Shown one piece after another: positions 27,337-41,820 of a DNA stretch of 64,000 nucleotides. Every line of letters starts with the position of its first letter. Position 1 is the stretch's first letter. The notes beneath the pieces were generated by a model. The model was given only the letters and a program-made list of their open reading frames with translations. It did no database searches and was not told the origin of the DNA. The position numbers and the translations under genes were made by a program. Source of the DNA: Octopus vulgaris (lineage: Eukaryota); NCBI GenBank assembly GCA_951406725.2, contig OX597836.1, positions 372,001-436,000 on the forward strand, given 5' to 3'.

Positions 27337-28726
27337 TGTTATTTTTTGCTGGAAAGTTGTAAAAGTGCTAGAAGTGTGCAGAATGTGATATGTTTATTGA
27401 TATGTAAGGCAAACTAATGTATGAACTAATTTGATTAGTGTACAAAATGAAGTGGTAAATATTTTAAGAGGATAAAAACATTATTACACCTGGGTAAAGA
27501 AACTAAATAATTGATAAAATAAATACATTAACAATGATGGTGGTATTTCAACTGTAGTTCCACCATTGTTAATATCGTTCCTGCATAGAATAAGTTATTA
27601 CTAGCACACAAAATAGGGAGTCAATATTTCTTTTAATATCTTAATTTGCTGTTTAACTAAACAAGTCAAATAAGAAATTTTAACTGGTGTGAAAATGATT
27701 TTAAAATCCCCCTTCACCTGTCTGTCTGTCTTTCTCTCTGATGTATGTGTGTGTGTGTGTGAACATTTGAGTTACAAAAATAAGCAGGAAAAAAGAAGCC
27801 CTTTGGGCAAATGTCCTTTCCTATAGTTTAGGTAGATCAATGCTTTATGGATAGAATTTGATAGAGAGTAATTGTGTGTAGACCCATCATGTGTTTCTCT
27901 GAACATTGTTGAGGAACCCAACATCAGCTTCCATTCAGAAGAATTTGATCATTCCATATTATTGCATCTAGAATACAATGTTTTTCTCTAGAAATACAGA
28001 AATAAAAAGAACTACAATCAGAACTCAGTGTTGTAGTGTAATGGTGATTCTAAACGACCATCATGTTTGAACTCACAACCTACGGGCAGGTAGTTCAGTA
28101 CCTTAGTCATCTTATCCATCACTATCCACTTAGTTATCTTGGCTCTACATGATTGGTGTTACATTTGACCTCATGTCATTTTGGTTAGCATTTCAGCTCA
28201 TTAAACCGGCAGCCATTTGACCCCATAAAAAAAGTAACCCCTCACACACAGGGATTCAACCATGAATCTCGTTATTATTGAAAAATCGAGCTGACCAGTC
28301 AGTGTGTTGCTGGCAGTGGTCGGCGGCTCGTATAGTAGGGCACTATTCTCTCTACCCAGTTATTGCTCTATTGATAAATTCTCTTACTCTCTCTTGATGT
28401 TAACAAACTGCTCTTCACACAACCTAACAAATTCATGTAGGACAATCACGTAGCTGAGTAGAAAATGTCTTAACTGTACAGCTATGTCTTCCGTTATGTT
28501 TATGAATAAAGAAGTCATTAAAAAAATAGTCTTAGAAGCCAACTACTGTTTGTTTCAGATTATTTATACACTCTCTCTCTCTCACACACACATACAAATA
28601 TATATATATATATATATATATATGATCAGACTGGGCCTGGTGCAGCCTTCTGGCTTCCCAGACCCCAGTTGCACCGTCCAACCCATGCCAGCATGGAAAG
28701 CGGACGCTAAACGATGATGATGATGA

Positions 28727-28768
<42 letters not shown>

Positions 28769-28791
28769 CACACACATATATATATACGCAT

Positions 28792-28972
28792 ACTATATAA
28801 TATATTCAACAAAATATTAAGGAAAGACCCTTACAGGTCATTCGACTCACTTGAAAAGAGCAGCCAAAACTCAAACCGCAAAAATAGTAGTAATTCTGAA
28901 AGCTAAAGGAGAAATAAAAACGTTGACCTGTAAGGGTCTTTCCTTAATATTTTGTTGAATATATTATATAGT
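28792..28972. repeat. Perfect 49-bp inverted repeat with 83-nt spacer
   Basis: 28792-28840 is the exact reverse complement of 28924-28972. Confidence 0.92.
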
Positions 28973-29237
28973 CTGTGACTATTTCTATTTTCTCACTTGA
29001 CCGCTGGTTGCAGAAAATTTTCTTGAATTTTTTCTTGAATTTTTTTTGCTACCCTATATTGATAAATTATATATACACATATATAGATATAAAGATACAA
29101 ATATGATGATAATTTATTTTTGAATGTAGATTCACGGTTAGAACAGCAGAAACATTGAGTAAATTACCCTTAGAAAGTGAGAAAATATGTCAACGAATAG
29201 CTATATATATATACATATATATATTGTCTTTTCACAG

Positions 29238-29298
29238 GAAATAGTCGAGAAACTTATGCACTTCATATAGTACAACAATCATCTATTTTAGGATATAG
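29238..29298 (+). CDS. ABHD3: ABHD3-like coding exon (GNSRETYALHIVQQSSILGY)
   Basis: ttttcacag acceptor, AG|gtgagt donor; 61 nt, phases compatible with both neighbours. Confidence 0.92.
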
Positions 29299-29761
29299 GT
29301 GAGTTCTTTTGACCTTTCTAACATCATTAACATATTTTTTTTAATGAAACTAATTCTAATCAAGTATGTTATGAATATTGTTGTTTAGTTCTTGGTCAAC
29401 CTTGGTTCAACTGATCCATTATCAAAGATGTTCCTGTCACAACTATTCTTTTATTTAATATGGCCATGATGATATAATTCTAAATTATGTACTAAGTTGC
29501 TGAGTTATAAGATGAATATATATCTGTATTGATTTTATTTGTAGTCAAAAGCTCTCTCTAGAGTTATTTAAAATTTAAAAACAAGATCATTGAGTGAAAA
29601 TGCTGAACAGTATAGATAATGGATTATGAGGTGGATGTGTTTTATTAAAACCAGCTTCTTGAAGCTTATTAAAGTGTACAAACATACAAAGTCACAAATA
29701 AATAGCTTTCAACATATTTCCTATTTTTGCAATTATGCTACCAAACTTTTTCTAATTGCAG

Positions 29762-29813
29762 GTCAGTTGTATTTAATTATAGAGGAACGAGTGCAAATGA
29801 AGATAAGCTTTTA
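29762..29813 (+). CDS. ABHD3: ABHD3-like coding exon (RSVVFNYRGTSANEDKLL)
   Basis: ctaattgcag acceptor, TTA|gtaagt donor; VVFNxRG family motif; 52 nt bridges the phases exactly. Confidence 0.92.
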
Positions 29814-31948
29814 GTAAGTATGCTATAATCATTATGGTTATTTAGCAGGTTTATTCTCTCTGAATTTAATGCTTGAGAAAACTAAAACTGGTCGTCAGCA
29901 TGGCTAAACAAAATGTTAGATTTTGGTCTTTTTGATACCAATGTACCTGAGACAAAAATCTTTTTACTTGTAAAATGTTCCACACAAACACCAACACTAA
30001 TGCATGTCAAAGTGCACCCTGCAGTTCTCAGCTAAAGTATATTCGAATAATTGATTTGTAGATTATTTATACTGGGGTCAATCAGTCAATACCTGATATC
30101 CCACAGGTCCACTTGACAAGTGCTGACTTGGGTTACACAACAATATCACTTGCACTTTGGAATGTGCAGTATGCCTGTGAGTTATGCAGAGACATACATA
30201 TCTGCAATAATAGGTTACATCTGTAAGTTGTTTGGCTATAGGTTTACTTGATCAGAGCTGACCTAACACTACACAACAATAAATCAATTATTGGTCTTTA
30301 GATCAGAGATCAATATTATTCTTCCTTGATATGTTAAGAACATCGAATTTTCCTCGGAAAATGCATCAATAATTTCATTTATGGAATTACTAAGTTTATA
30401 TGTGTGAAATCTTTTATTTTGGCTTGAATAATATATGATGAAATGCTCTTATATCAATTCATTATGAAATAATTATGTATTCCATTAGTTCTAATGTAAT
30501 CTAGAAATATTCAGTTACACAACCATGAAGTTGGCAAAACTACAATTATGTCTTTTATCTCATTATTTTATTAATTTGCCATGAAACAAGCTGTGAACAC
30601 ATTGTGCTCACAACTTCTTCCTGACATCAACACTGCCAGAAAGACCTGTATATCATTATTTGATTTAGAAGATAAAATGTTATCTCAGCTCTCTGGCAGA
30701 CTGACCAAGAAACTAATCTTCAGATGTAATAAATGTACAGAAATGGTTTAGTGGCAGGTCCTGCCTGGTCGACTGACAAAGACCTTGGACTTGAGATATG
30801 ATATATGCACAGCAGTTTACAATAGGAATAGTGAGATCTCTAGCCTATTATGAAAGAAGAAGGACTTCAAAAAGGATAGATGTGCAAGAGTAAACAATAT
30901 GTACAGTGAAATCTGGAACATTAGAAGTACAAGAATAATTAACAGGTAGTGATACCAATGAAATATAGTTTTTGGACTGTTATATAGAACTGTTATTTAG
31001 ATGTTCAGTAGATGTAATTAGATTGTTTCTGTTTGGTAAGGGGTACGTAGAAGTGGTTAACTCTGTTGATAACAAAGACTTTCAACTTTGAAAAGACAAA
31101 TTTTACAAATTTTATGTGTAAGAAATGTAGTAGTACACGATAGTGAGTCGTGGTTATTGTCTCTGGAAGATTCTGGAGGGAAATGAATATATTGGATCTA
31201 TAGTTTTACCCTACATTAGCAATTCTCAAATCAGAGGCACTTGGCACCTAGGGGAGGAATTGAAAAGAATTTAAAATCTGAGAGAAGGAATTTTAATGGG
31301 AAATTGTGTTGGAATTTTAGTCAAAGAATGATTTCCAAAATAGGAATGGTTTAACCTTGTGTACAATATATATATAAATAATGTAATGCCAATATTCACA
31401 TCAGTAAAAAGGAAAAGAAACCACAGACAGAAAAAAACTGCAGCTTCAGATTTAATCCCATTTGGGATTATCTCAGTTATTGAGGTTTGCAGAATGTGTT
31501 CATGGTAAGGTGATAGTCAGGCTCAGTGCATTTTTTTATGCCAGTGACACTATTCAAATCACCATGTAAACACACAATGCAACAAACTCCAGAGAGGGAT
31601 GATGTTGCCTTTGTATATTTGACAGGGGTTCAGGTATGAGGGAAGAGGTTAGAGTAGAGGAGGGAGCATGGCTGTTCACATTGAGGAGGGAGCATGAGAA
31701 TGGATTCGAGGTATCTGCAAGAAGATAGACAATGGTGATGTGGTGACCAGGTGGTTCCTCAGGTAGCGGGAGAAGATGGAGTGGAAGGGATTTGCAAGAG
31801 GGGGGGAGAGTGAAGAGGGAGGTAGGCAACTTCTGTAAGGATTGAAGGGTGGGGGTGCATGATATAGGGAGGTTACAGGGATGCTAGCAGCATAGTAGTA
31901 ACAATCTGTTGACAGGGGCAAAAGAGAAAGAGAGAGAGACAGAGAGAG

Positions 31949-31992
<44 letters not shown>

Positions 31993-32273
31993 ACGCCTCT
32001 CCCCCCCCCCCCAACTCCAACATGAGCAACCATTAATTCAAATATATATATAATAGGTGTGAACTTTAGTTTGGAAACCTTGAAACTGAGACTTTATGAA
32101 TGAATTCCTTGTGATGTTTGTTCCATTATATTATTTCAAACATCCTGGTGTTTCCTGTTCATTTTCTCCCAGAACTCGACGGACAGAAAATGTAATTCAA
32201 ACATTAAGGTTTTTGTTTGTTGATTTCTATTTGCATCTGAGCTACGATTTATGACATTTTGTCACTTTTGCAG

Positions 32274-32386
32274 ACACCAAGAACATATTGTGCCACTGAT
32301 ACAGAAGACTTAGAGACTGTTGTAAATCATGTGAAAAATTGTTACCCAGAAGCACCATTATTTGGGGTAGGAATCTCCCTTGGTGG
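32274..32386 (+). CDS. ABHD3: ABHD3-like coding exon with nucleophile elbow ([38 protein letters not shown])
   Basis: ttttgcag acceptor, GG|gtaagt donor; GxSxG motif with Ser codon at 32376-32378. Confidence 0.96.
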
Positions 32387-33120
32387 GTAAGTTGTGAATT
32401 GATTGCATAGTTTGTATTTGTCATTATTTACTTATCTTCTCTTCTGGAACAAATCTGTGACTAAAGGCATTCAAGTGGCATCTTTTTTTTTTTTATTTTT
32501 GTTAATCTAGGACTCCATTTTCTTTTTTAAGGATGACAGGGTAGGGTTTATTTTACAGAATTTTGCCATTTTACTTACTCTATCTAGTAGATTGACCAAT
32601 AATCATGTGTTTAGATCATTGGCCTATGTGTGTCTGTCTGTGTATAGAACATGTGTACTTACTGTTTAGATATATGTTCAGTGACATTTTGACTGTCCCA
32701 TGTTATTTTTAAGGATACAACACCTAGAAATTCCATCATTTAATGTATTCTCACTGACAGTATGATGTGCTTTGAGAAAGATTTTAGCTGCTATTTCTAG
32801 CCAGTATATATAGATTTCATTTAAAAAAAATTTTTGATCAAATTTTTAGAGTATTTTCTTTTCTGGAATAATAAAATTTGAGGAACATTGTGGGACTTCT
32901 ATTCTGCATATTTACCTTATGAATTCAAATCTTGCCACTCAGTTTTACATTGAAATAAAGTACCCATGTCGTACTTGGGTGGATATGTTTAGCTGTTTGC
33001 TGCTACGAGAATTTTTGACTGTGTGTTTATATTAGAAGTCAACATTTAACCGTTCCAGGGGCAAGAGAGTGTTCAGCTCAGTTACTAGCAGCATTTCTAA
33101 TAATAATAATAATAATAATA

Positions 33121-33330
33121 TTTTCTGCTATAGGCACAAAGCCTGAAATTTGGAGGTAGGGGGCCAGTCGATTAGATTGACCCAGTACACAACTAGTACT
33201 TAATTTATTGACCCCGAAAGGATGAATGGCAAAGTTGACCTTGACAGAATTTGAACTTAGAGTATAAGAGCGGACGAAATGCCACTAATCATTTTGCCCA
33301 GTGTGCTAATGATTCTGCCAGCTCACCACC
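33121..33330 (-). mobile_element. SINE family A copy flanked by (TAA)n/(GAT)n
   Basis: gaccccgaaaggatgaatggcaaagttgacc...gaactt...ctgccagctcacc; another copy at ~36835-37040. Confidence 0.85.
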
Positions 33331-33360
33331 TTAATAATAATAATGATGATAATAATAATA

Positions 33361-33409
<49 letters not shown>

Positions 33410-34098
33410 CGACGACGACGATCTTATTGTCTACAATGCTCAGATGCATTACAAATTGTGAAAGAATGTTCAAAGGGGACAGAAAACAAACTTATTAATT
33501 AGTCAAGTAAAAGAAGAGAGATGTGAAGGCCAGAAGTATGTACAAAGTATGAAAAATAAAACAGATAAAGAGAAAATGAATATTTAAGGGAGTCATGGAG
33601 AAGGAAAGGTGCAGAGGCACGTGAGGGAAGGGTTGTTGGTGAATTTTAGAATGCATAAAACTTTTGAAGGGTCCAGGGTAGTTTCTTTCATGTTTAAACA
33701 ATTCTGAGTGTGAAAAACTGTTTCTGATAGTCATGGTCACTGTCTTTTGATTTTATAAGCATGTCCACGAGTGGGAAAGAGGTATTGAATTCAAAAAGAC
33801 GGTCAAAGTTGTTGTTGGAAAGATGGTAGATTATTTTGTGGGCTTCTGTCAATGACATTATCTCAATGTGTTCATTTTTAAGACAACAGAGTATAATTTG
33901 TGAGAGATTTGGCTGCTATTTCTTGCCGGTTAGGTAACCATGTAGAGACTCTTTCAGAGTTTTTGTCAACAGTGAAATACTAAATACATAAACACTCAAC
34001 GTTCATTCTCCTCCTCGACTGTTTCTTGTAACTTTCTTCCTTTTCTTGAAATTATTTGTTAATCGTCTTCGTGTCCTTTTTCTCTTAAATCTTTTTAG

Positions 34099-34272
34099 GA
34101 TGATAATGACTGGTTATTTAGCAAAATGTGGTGAAAATGCTGTCTTCCAAGCTGCTATGGCTGTATCAGCTGCCTGGGATTCTTTTGAATCTTCAAAAAC
34201 TCTAGAACAACCAATTAATTATCTCCTTTTCAACAAATACTTGGCCAGGAATCTTGTTAATTTGGTCCATAA
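34099..34272 (+). CDS. ABHD3: ABHD3-like coding exon (MIMTGYLAKCGENAVFQAAMAVSAAWDSFESSKTLEQPINYLLFNKYLARNLVNLVH)
   Basis: ctttttag acceptor, AA|gtaagt donor; 174 nt; resembles ABHD3 YLGK...W...SLEKPLNWLLFN. Confidence 0.95.
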
Positions 34273-34929
34273 GTAAGTGCAAACTTTTTTACCGTGTATG
34301 TATATGTATATATATATATATACATATCTGTGTGTGTGTTTGTGTGCATGTATGCTCATGCACACACATGTATGTGTTTATATCTATCTATATATTTATC
34401 TATATTTTTTATCTATATCTATGTATATTAATCCATATATTTCTTACTGTATGCTTATCCGTCCATATATCTATATTTATTCGTATATATACCTACACTT
34501 CTACTTTCTGTCCATCTGTCTGTCCATCTGTCTGTCCACCAGTTTCACTGTCCATTCCATCCACCCACCCATCCATTCCTTCCTTCTGGGTTGTGGGGTA
34601 GGATGAGAGAGTGGATGTTTTCATAAGAGTGTGAGGATGGAGTAAACAGGCAGAGGTTAAGAAGGTGAGTAATGAACAGGGGTTAGGGTGCAGATAATGG
34701 GGAATACCCCTATGTAGAGGGGAAAGGTAGGAGATTAGGAGTGGCTCAAGAAAGAGAATAGAACAGAATGAAGCAGGATGATGTCCCAGGTGTAGGAACC
34801 ACAAAGAGGGAGTTACATAAGCAAGTGGGGACCACAATAGGTGGGCCATGGTGACAGAAAGGGGAGGACAATATATGTGGGTAGTTAGTGACTTTCAAAT
34901 TAAAGCTAGATGGATCCAGAGAGACAAGC

Positions 34930-35900
34930 CAACCTGAAAAGGGTAGATATGGAAGCTTAAAGATCCTCAATCCCCTCCTATTTGTTGTTGTACTTCAGTT
35001 TATAACAAAAGAGTTTAAAACCAGTTGCCCAGAGGAACTTCTCTTATTGGTGAGTCTATAGTAAAATTAGGAAAGAAATTCTATGCATGGAAGAAAAATC
35101 TGAGATCAAAGGGTCTTAAAGTTAGCTTAGCAAAGACCAAAGTTCTAGTAAGCAGGAAAACAGACAGTATACTGATTCCTTCAGGAAAATGGCCCAGTTT
35201 GATATGTAGAAGAAATTCCATATAGTATACCCAGTGCAAACTATGGAGACACAAGAGATGCAGTGGAATCACAGGAAGATTATCAGAGAAAGTAGACTTT
35301 ATTTATGGCAAATGCACAACAGCAATAAACACTAAGAGCACATGATAATAGATTTTCTGGAATGCTAAGGAGGATCCTTAAAGGAAGTAGATAGTTTCTG
35401 TTACCTAGGCAACTTAAGCAGCAGTGGAAGAGGATACTCTGAAAGTAAAGTTGCTAGAATACAAACCATCCAGAAGAAGTTTAGAGAGTATTAGCTGTGT
35501 TGGTAACAAAAGGTTTATTCTCCCAGAGTGAAAGATAAATGACATGATGCTTGCATACAAGCAACAAGGCCATGTAGATGTGAAACATGGGCTGAAAGTG
35601 CAGAGGACGTGCAAAAACTAGGATGAAATGAAACTAGCACGATCCACTGGACGTGCAGTGGTAGTGTGCACATGCAACACAATGAAAATGTATTGAGAGA
35701 AAAATTGGACATAAGATGCATCAGATGTAGTGAACCCTAGAGAAAACTGCACTGGTATGTTCATGTGATGCATATTGATGAAAGCAGCTGCATAAAGAAG
35801 TATCAATTGCCAAATGTGGATAAAATTTGTGGAAAAGGAAAACTCTGGAAGATTTTGGAAGAAATAGTGAAGACCAACTTCAGGTTATTGAGTCTCATAG
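34930..35900 (+). mobile_element. Highly degenerate RTE-like LINE RT fragment with Cys-rich insert
   Basis: GLKVSLAKTKVLVS, SGKWPSLICR, QCKLWRHKRCSGI and FCYLG motifs. Confidence 0.7.
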
Positions 35901-38551
35901 AGGAGATTATTGGTGATTTGCAGTATCCCAGAAGAGCCATCTATCCCATGACTCATCTTCATAACATCCATTCCTTTTTCACCTTTCTATTTCCCCAACT
36001 CCTGTTATTATCTGAGAGTAGGACTGCACATATTCCATTGCCATTTTTCTGCTACCCATCATCTTTCTCCTTCTAACTTCTTCCCTTGATACTCTTCCTG
36101 CTCTCTCAACATCATCTTATTACACTATTTTTCATCAAACATCCCTTTCCCTTGAAACCCTCTCATATCTGTCATTGATGCAACCTCTAACTTCTTTTGG
36201 CCCTCACTATTTCCACCCTTATGCTCTATTCACCTCTCTCACTCTACATCCTTTCTTCTCATTAAACTTCACTCATCTCCTTATTTCTCTCATGTCTCTA
36301 ATTTGATTATACTGTTGCTCTCTCCCCACCTTATCTTTTTCCTGACCCACTCTTATTTTTCTTTACCTTCTCAACCCGCTAAACTGACCACACCTCTTCA
36401 CCTCTATCCTCATCGCTACCCACTATCATTCTCCTTTCACACTCTCATCAACCTATCCACCCAGCTATCCTAGATTTTCTGTCTCTATTCTCTCTATATC
36501 TACTTTGTTGTACCTTGAGGGTACTTCACCTCTACCATCCTTGTCCTTTTCCTACTGGGGTAGCCATGTATCTCCTCTATAGCAAGATATCTGTTCCTGT
36601 CCCTGTATTACACTTTGGCCGCTCAACACCTGACACAAAACCACCTCCCTCAATATTCCACATCCATCTTCTATCAAGAGGTCTTGTCTTGCAAGTTACT
36701 TGGTGACCTCATCAGGGTAAATAAGTGAAAAAGAAATAACACACTGAATTATCTTCCACAACTTTAATTCATACTAAATCCCAGATCATAAGAATATTGA
36801 ATTAATATTCAATATTCATCTCATTACTGACATGGTTTCAAATTTTGGCACCAGGCCAGTAGTTTCGAAAGAGAGGGAAGTCGACTACATCGACCCCATA
36901 CTGGTACTGATTTTATTAACCCCCAAAAGGATGAAAGTCAAAGTTGATCTTTGTGCAATTTGAACTCACAACATAAAGATGAACAAAATGTTGTGAAGCA
37001 TTTTGTCCATCATTCGAACAATTCTGCCAGCTCACGGCCTTGAAATGAAACATAATGTTAGAAAGAGAATTATTGTTGTTTGTGTTTATTAACTCTTTCC
37101 TGATAGTGTTTCAATTAAAAAAATTAATGAGGATGAATTTGGTGAGCGTTAATAAAACCACAATTATTCTCTTTCTTTGGATTTGAACATAACAAAATAT
37201 TTTGACATAAAACTATGATGGAAGATTTTAATTTGACTTTTTAAAATGGAAAGTTTTGTTTCCAGAGGATTGGTTTCAAAAGGGTTACGTTTAGACATAA
37301 ATAATAGTTTGAAGGTTTGAGAACCTGGGAATAAACTTACGATATAGAACTATAACAGATAGACAATATCATTTCATTGTTGAGGTATATTAGGGGTTCC
37401 TATCAATTCAGTTATTTTTCTCAGAGTCCTTGAGAAAAATAAGTTTCTCAGTACTCACATCTTTTGAGGATTAACTGTAGTAAATAATAAGTTTTAATCA
37501 CATTTCGTATTATTTACATAAATTGGAATTGTGGTTCGGACGAATCAGTTGGGCAGAAGATGAAATTTCATAGTATTTATGTCACTTTACATTTTGAGCT
37601 CAAATTATCACAAAATTTACTTTGTTTATCATCCTTTTGAGCAGTGAAGGGGGTCAATAAAAAACAAAAAATAGCACCAGTTGATATTGGGGTTGTTATA
37701 ATATAATCAACTGCTTCATTTTCTCATCCCCTCCCCAAGTGTGTAGCATAATTATTACCATCATCGTTTAAATGTCCACTTTCCATGCTGGCATGGGTTG
37801 GACAGTGTGACAAGAGCTGCCCAGGCTCCATGAAGGCCCTTCCTAATGCCAACCACTTTACAGAGTGTACTGAGTGCTTTTATATAGCACTGGCATGGGT
37901 GTGCTTATGTTGCACCAGTATGGGTGTTTTTTTTATGAGACCAGCAGCCACAAGCCTGTAAGATTAGGAATGCTCAGATGGAGAAGGATGCAGGTGACAA
38001 TCTCACTTGTACTTGACTTGGCATGGTTTCTCAAGCGCAGTGAACCATCAGGAGTCTTGGTCCCCTGTCATCTCCTCTGTGTAGATCCTTTTTTACCACT
38101 TTGTCCCTTGTCTCACTGCTCTACCTCTGCCACATGTTCCCTCTACAGTTGCACCTCTTGATGCGACTGTCTGCATTCATACACATTACCACATGACCGT
38201 ATCAACACAGTCTTCTCTCTTGCACTCTACATCTGATGCCTTGCATACTCAGTTTTTCTCTCCCTCTTAGAATTCAGTATACCTGTCTACATACTTCTCT
38301 GTCTACCTTCCACATTTTGTCTGAAAAGTGGCAGGTGAGTGGATATAAACATGTTTTTTTCTTTCTTTCTTCGAAGGAACATGTTCCACCTTATATAACG
38401 TAATATTTTTTTGTTATGATTATGTCAGAGAGGGGAGATATGCCCACTTTCCTTCCACATCTAAAGCTAACAAATATAAAAATAGAAATAAAAAATGAGT
38501 GAATTAAATTATTTCTTGATCCAATTTTAATATTTAGAAACCTTTTTTCAG

Positions 38552-38600
38552 AAATATCGAGTTATTTGAGCATCATTTTGATATGGACTACGTAATGAAG
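38552..38600 (+). CDS. ABHD3: ABHD3-like coding exon (NIELFEHHFDMDYVMK)
   Basis: ttttttcag acceptor, AAG|gtatgt donor; 49 nt; resembles DMDHVMK. Confidence 0.92.
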
Positions 38601-40975
38601 GTATGTTGTAAGTTCTTAAAACTTTACTTTGTTCTCTTTCACAAACATTGTTGCACATTTTGCTGTACTTATTTTTGCATTCCATAATACGTAAGTTAGT
38701 GATCATAAAGACAAATTAGTGAAACTAGTTCATTAGCAAATTTAAGATAATAATTATATTTCTTTTTTACTATCTCCTATCATTTTTACTGGAAAGCACT
38801 CCAACCAAAATATGGACTGTTTGTTCTTACATTTCTTATTTTCATTCTCTTGTAAGTGAAAGTAAATGTGTGATTCTAGAAAAATTTAGATTCCAGTTTG
38901 GAAACATAACAAAAACAATAAAGGTAAAGCAAAAAGATATATATAATTGTAGAAATTATATTGTAACAAAATTTGGAATTTGTTTCTTTGGTTTCACTTT
39001 CTGCTTAAGAATTTTTTATTCCTAGATAATTGTAAAATTATTTTGCTTTGTTATTGTTTTAAATTTTTAGATCTCAGTCTCTTTAGTTTGTTTGCTTGAA
39101 ACTTAGTTCAATAAATGTTCTTTTTTAAAAATTTTTCTATTACAACAGTTATGACACTGACATATCCTTCACGATGTGTTGCAGCTACTGTTTATATCTT
39201 GTTCAGAGACTTATTATTGCTTGTTTAGACTTTATCGAGATCAGTGACTTTTTGTCATTGGAAAAAGGATATATGTATTTGCATTGGGACCCCTTTGCAT
39301 CGAAGACCAGTGATTGTCGTGCGCTGACGACAGGTAAATATCCAGAAAGTCGGGTCAGTGCGTATCACGTCAGGTCAACGATGGGAAGGATGGCTTCCCT
39401 TTGCAAATACTGATAGGGCACAGAAAGTGTGTCAATAGCCAGCTGGAGAAGATGTTCTGGGGCTACAGCTACAGTAGCATCCACCCTTAGTGGTTAGCCA
39501 CATTTAGGTGGCAAATATACTTCACATGATTAATATATTTTGCCATTAAAATGATTCCTTTGTAGATGATAGGTGATAAGTATGATTACTTAATGCTTCT
39601 GAGATTGCAAAACGCTTTCAAGTGAGCCATCAGAAATGGATCAAATTGAGCAATAAGTTCTATAATTCCTAAAAATTGTGCTTAAATCCTACAGTCACTC
39701 CACTACTCCTAAATGCCAGGCCTTTTTTGGTGAGAAATATTCCCATGGCCACAGTACAGTGCAATACTCAGCTCAGTGGTTCTTGTTTTCCCAACTCTCT
39801 GTTAACAAGAGGACATTCCATTTATAAAAGATTGACCCTCACCACAGAATCTTTGTGGCTTGGCTTTGTTTGTTTTCACTTTATCCTCTGCTTTTTCTCC
39901 AAATGTTAAAGCCATCCTTGTTGAAAAATCTTTGTTCTGCTATTTTTATTTAAATTGCATAAAAATATATCTAATACTATCTTAGAATAACTCTGCTTGT
40001 CATTACATTACATTGGAAACACTTTCATGTGATTAGAGAAAAAGAAATAGAAAGAAAAGAGAGAGAGAGAGAGAGAGAGAGAAGTGTCCATGATGTGGGG
40101 TGGAGGGAATGTAATTGTAATGCTTTCAAGTGATTAGCTGAAAGGAAATAGAGGAGAAAGAAAAAGGAGAAAAAGGTGAAGTGTGACACAGAAAGAGGGA
40201 GAGAAAAGACGGAGCGATAAAAAGAAAGGCAGAGAAAGGAGGAGACAGGAGGAAAGGGAGATGGTGGTGGTGGTGGTGTTGGAGGTGGTGGTTGTGCATG
40301 GATAGTGAAAAGTGTATTTTAAATAATAATTGAGCTGTTTTTTTTATACATCACCCATCACTTAACACTTGCGCATTTGTGCAATTCTGTGAAATATTCA
40401 TGCTTATTTAAGTGGCAGATATATGCAATTCAGCTCAAGGTTGTATCATATGTATGGGATATTTTGTTTGTTTATGGGGGAAATGGAAAAATAAGAGTGA
40501 ATATTTATTTGATGAGTGCTGTGTATTAAGTCTATAAAATTGTGCATAAAGTATATAAAGTGCATTAAGTGATCATCACATTCCAATTTCTTTCACTTTT
40601 CAATGGGTAACTGATGAGTGACTATCTTTCCATACAGACACAACACAGGCTCTGCTTTCAGGTTCTTTTGATAAAGTTTTCAGAAATAACCCAACAGGTT
40701 TACCAATAATTTTGTGAAATATTCATGGGTCCTGCTTGTCAATATTATTATGACATGCTCCTCTGTCGAGATACATCAACAAATTCAGCATATAATTAGC
40801 AATACAGAGTAAATTAAGTACCAGGCTCACTGAACTATCATTGCAAACATTCTATTTGTCACAGGTCTATATTTTTTTTTACTCTTAATCATTTTTTAAT
40901 TATTGCACCCAGTTCTACATATTTTAAAATCCTAACATGTATTTGAGCATTTCTTATTGATCTCACTGATTCCAG

Positions 40976-41141
40976 AGCCAGACTATAAAAGAATTTGATG
41001 ACAGATTCACTGCTAAACTCTTTGGTTATGGTACTTGGGAAAAATATTATCGAGACGCCTGCCTCAATGACAAGCTTCATCTCATTAAGATACCACTACT
41101 CTGTCTAAATGCCGCTGATGATCCTTTTTCTCCATATCATG
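40976..41141 (+). CDS. ABHD3: ABHD3-like coding exon with catalytic Asp (SQTIKEFDDRFTAKLFGYGTWEKYYRDACLNDKLHLIKIPLLCLNAADDPFSPYH)
   Basis: ttccag acceptor, G|gtaag donor; 166 nt; EFD..FT...FGY and IP.LCLN..DD motifs. Confidence 0.96.
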
Positions 41142-41209
41142 GTAAGAAAAATTTTTCTCAACTATTTTATCCTTATCCCCCACTAATCTTACCATTAGCT
41201 GCATACAGC

Positions 41210-41820
41210 TAATGGAAGATCTGTAGAGCTCAATGAGGATGTCCTGCAAACCCTGGTGGAACAAAATCCCATCATAACTGTTGAGGAACTAGCAGAGAAG
41301 CTTGGATTTGGTCATTCAACCATTCATCAACACCTGCATGCCATCAAAAAGTCAGCAAATTGAGTCAATGGCTTCCTCACAATCTCTCCGAGTCTAACCA
41401 CACTCACAGAGAATGAATGTGTGCTCTTCTTTAGTGTCATGTCTCATGAATGAACCTTTTTTGGACTGAATAGTGACTGGTGATGAGAAATGGGTTCTCT
41501 ATAAATATGTCAAGTGCCCAAGACAGTGGGTAGGGAAAGGGGAAACACTGACACCCCAGGCTAAAGAAGGTCTTCACCCACATAGGGTGTTGTTTTCTGT
41601 TTGGTGGGATGTGAAAGGTTTAGTCCACTTTGAACTTTTAAACCCAAACCAAATGATAACAAAGGGGATCTACTGTGAGCAGGTTGCATGGCTTCAGTCA
41701 GCACTAGAAGAAAAACGACCATCTTTGGTTTTAAGATGGAAGGTGTTCTTCCATCAGGATAATGCTTGGCCACATACAGCGAAGATGACATTCTAAAGGT
41801 TGGAGCAGTTTGGATGAGTG
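41210..41820 (+). mobile_element. Degenerate mariner (DD34D-type) transposase fragment
   Basis: WLPHNL, VTGDEKWVLY, LFSVWWDVKG, HQDNAWPH motifs. Confidence 0.88.
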
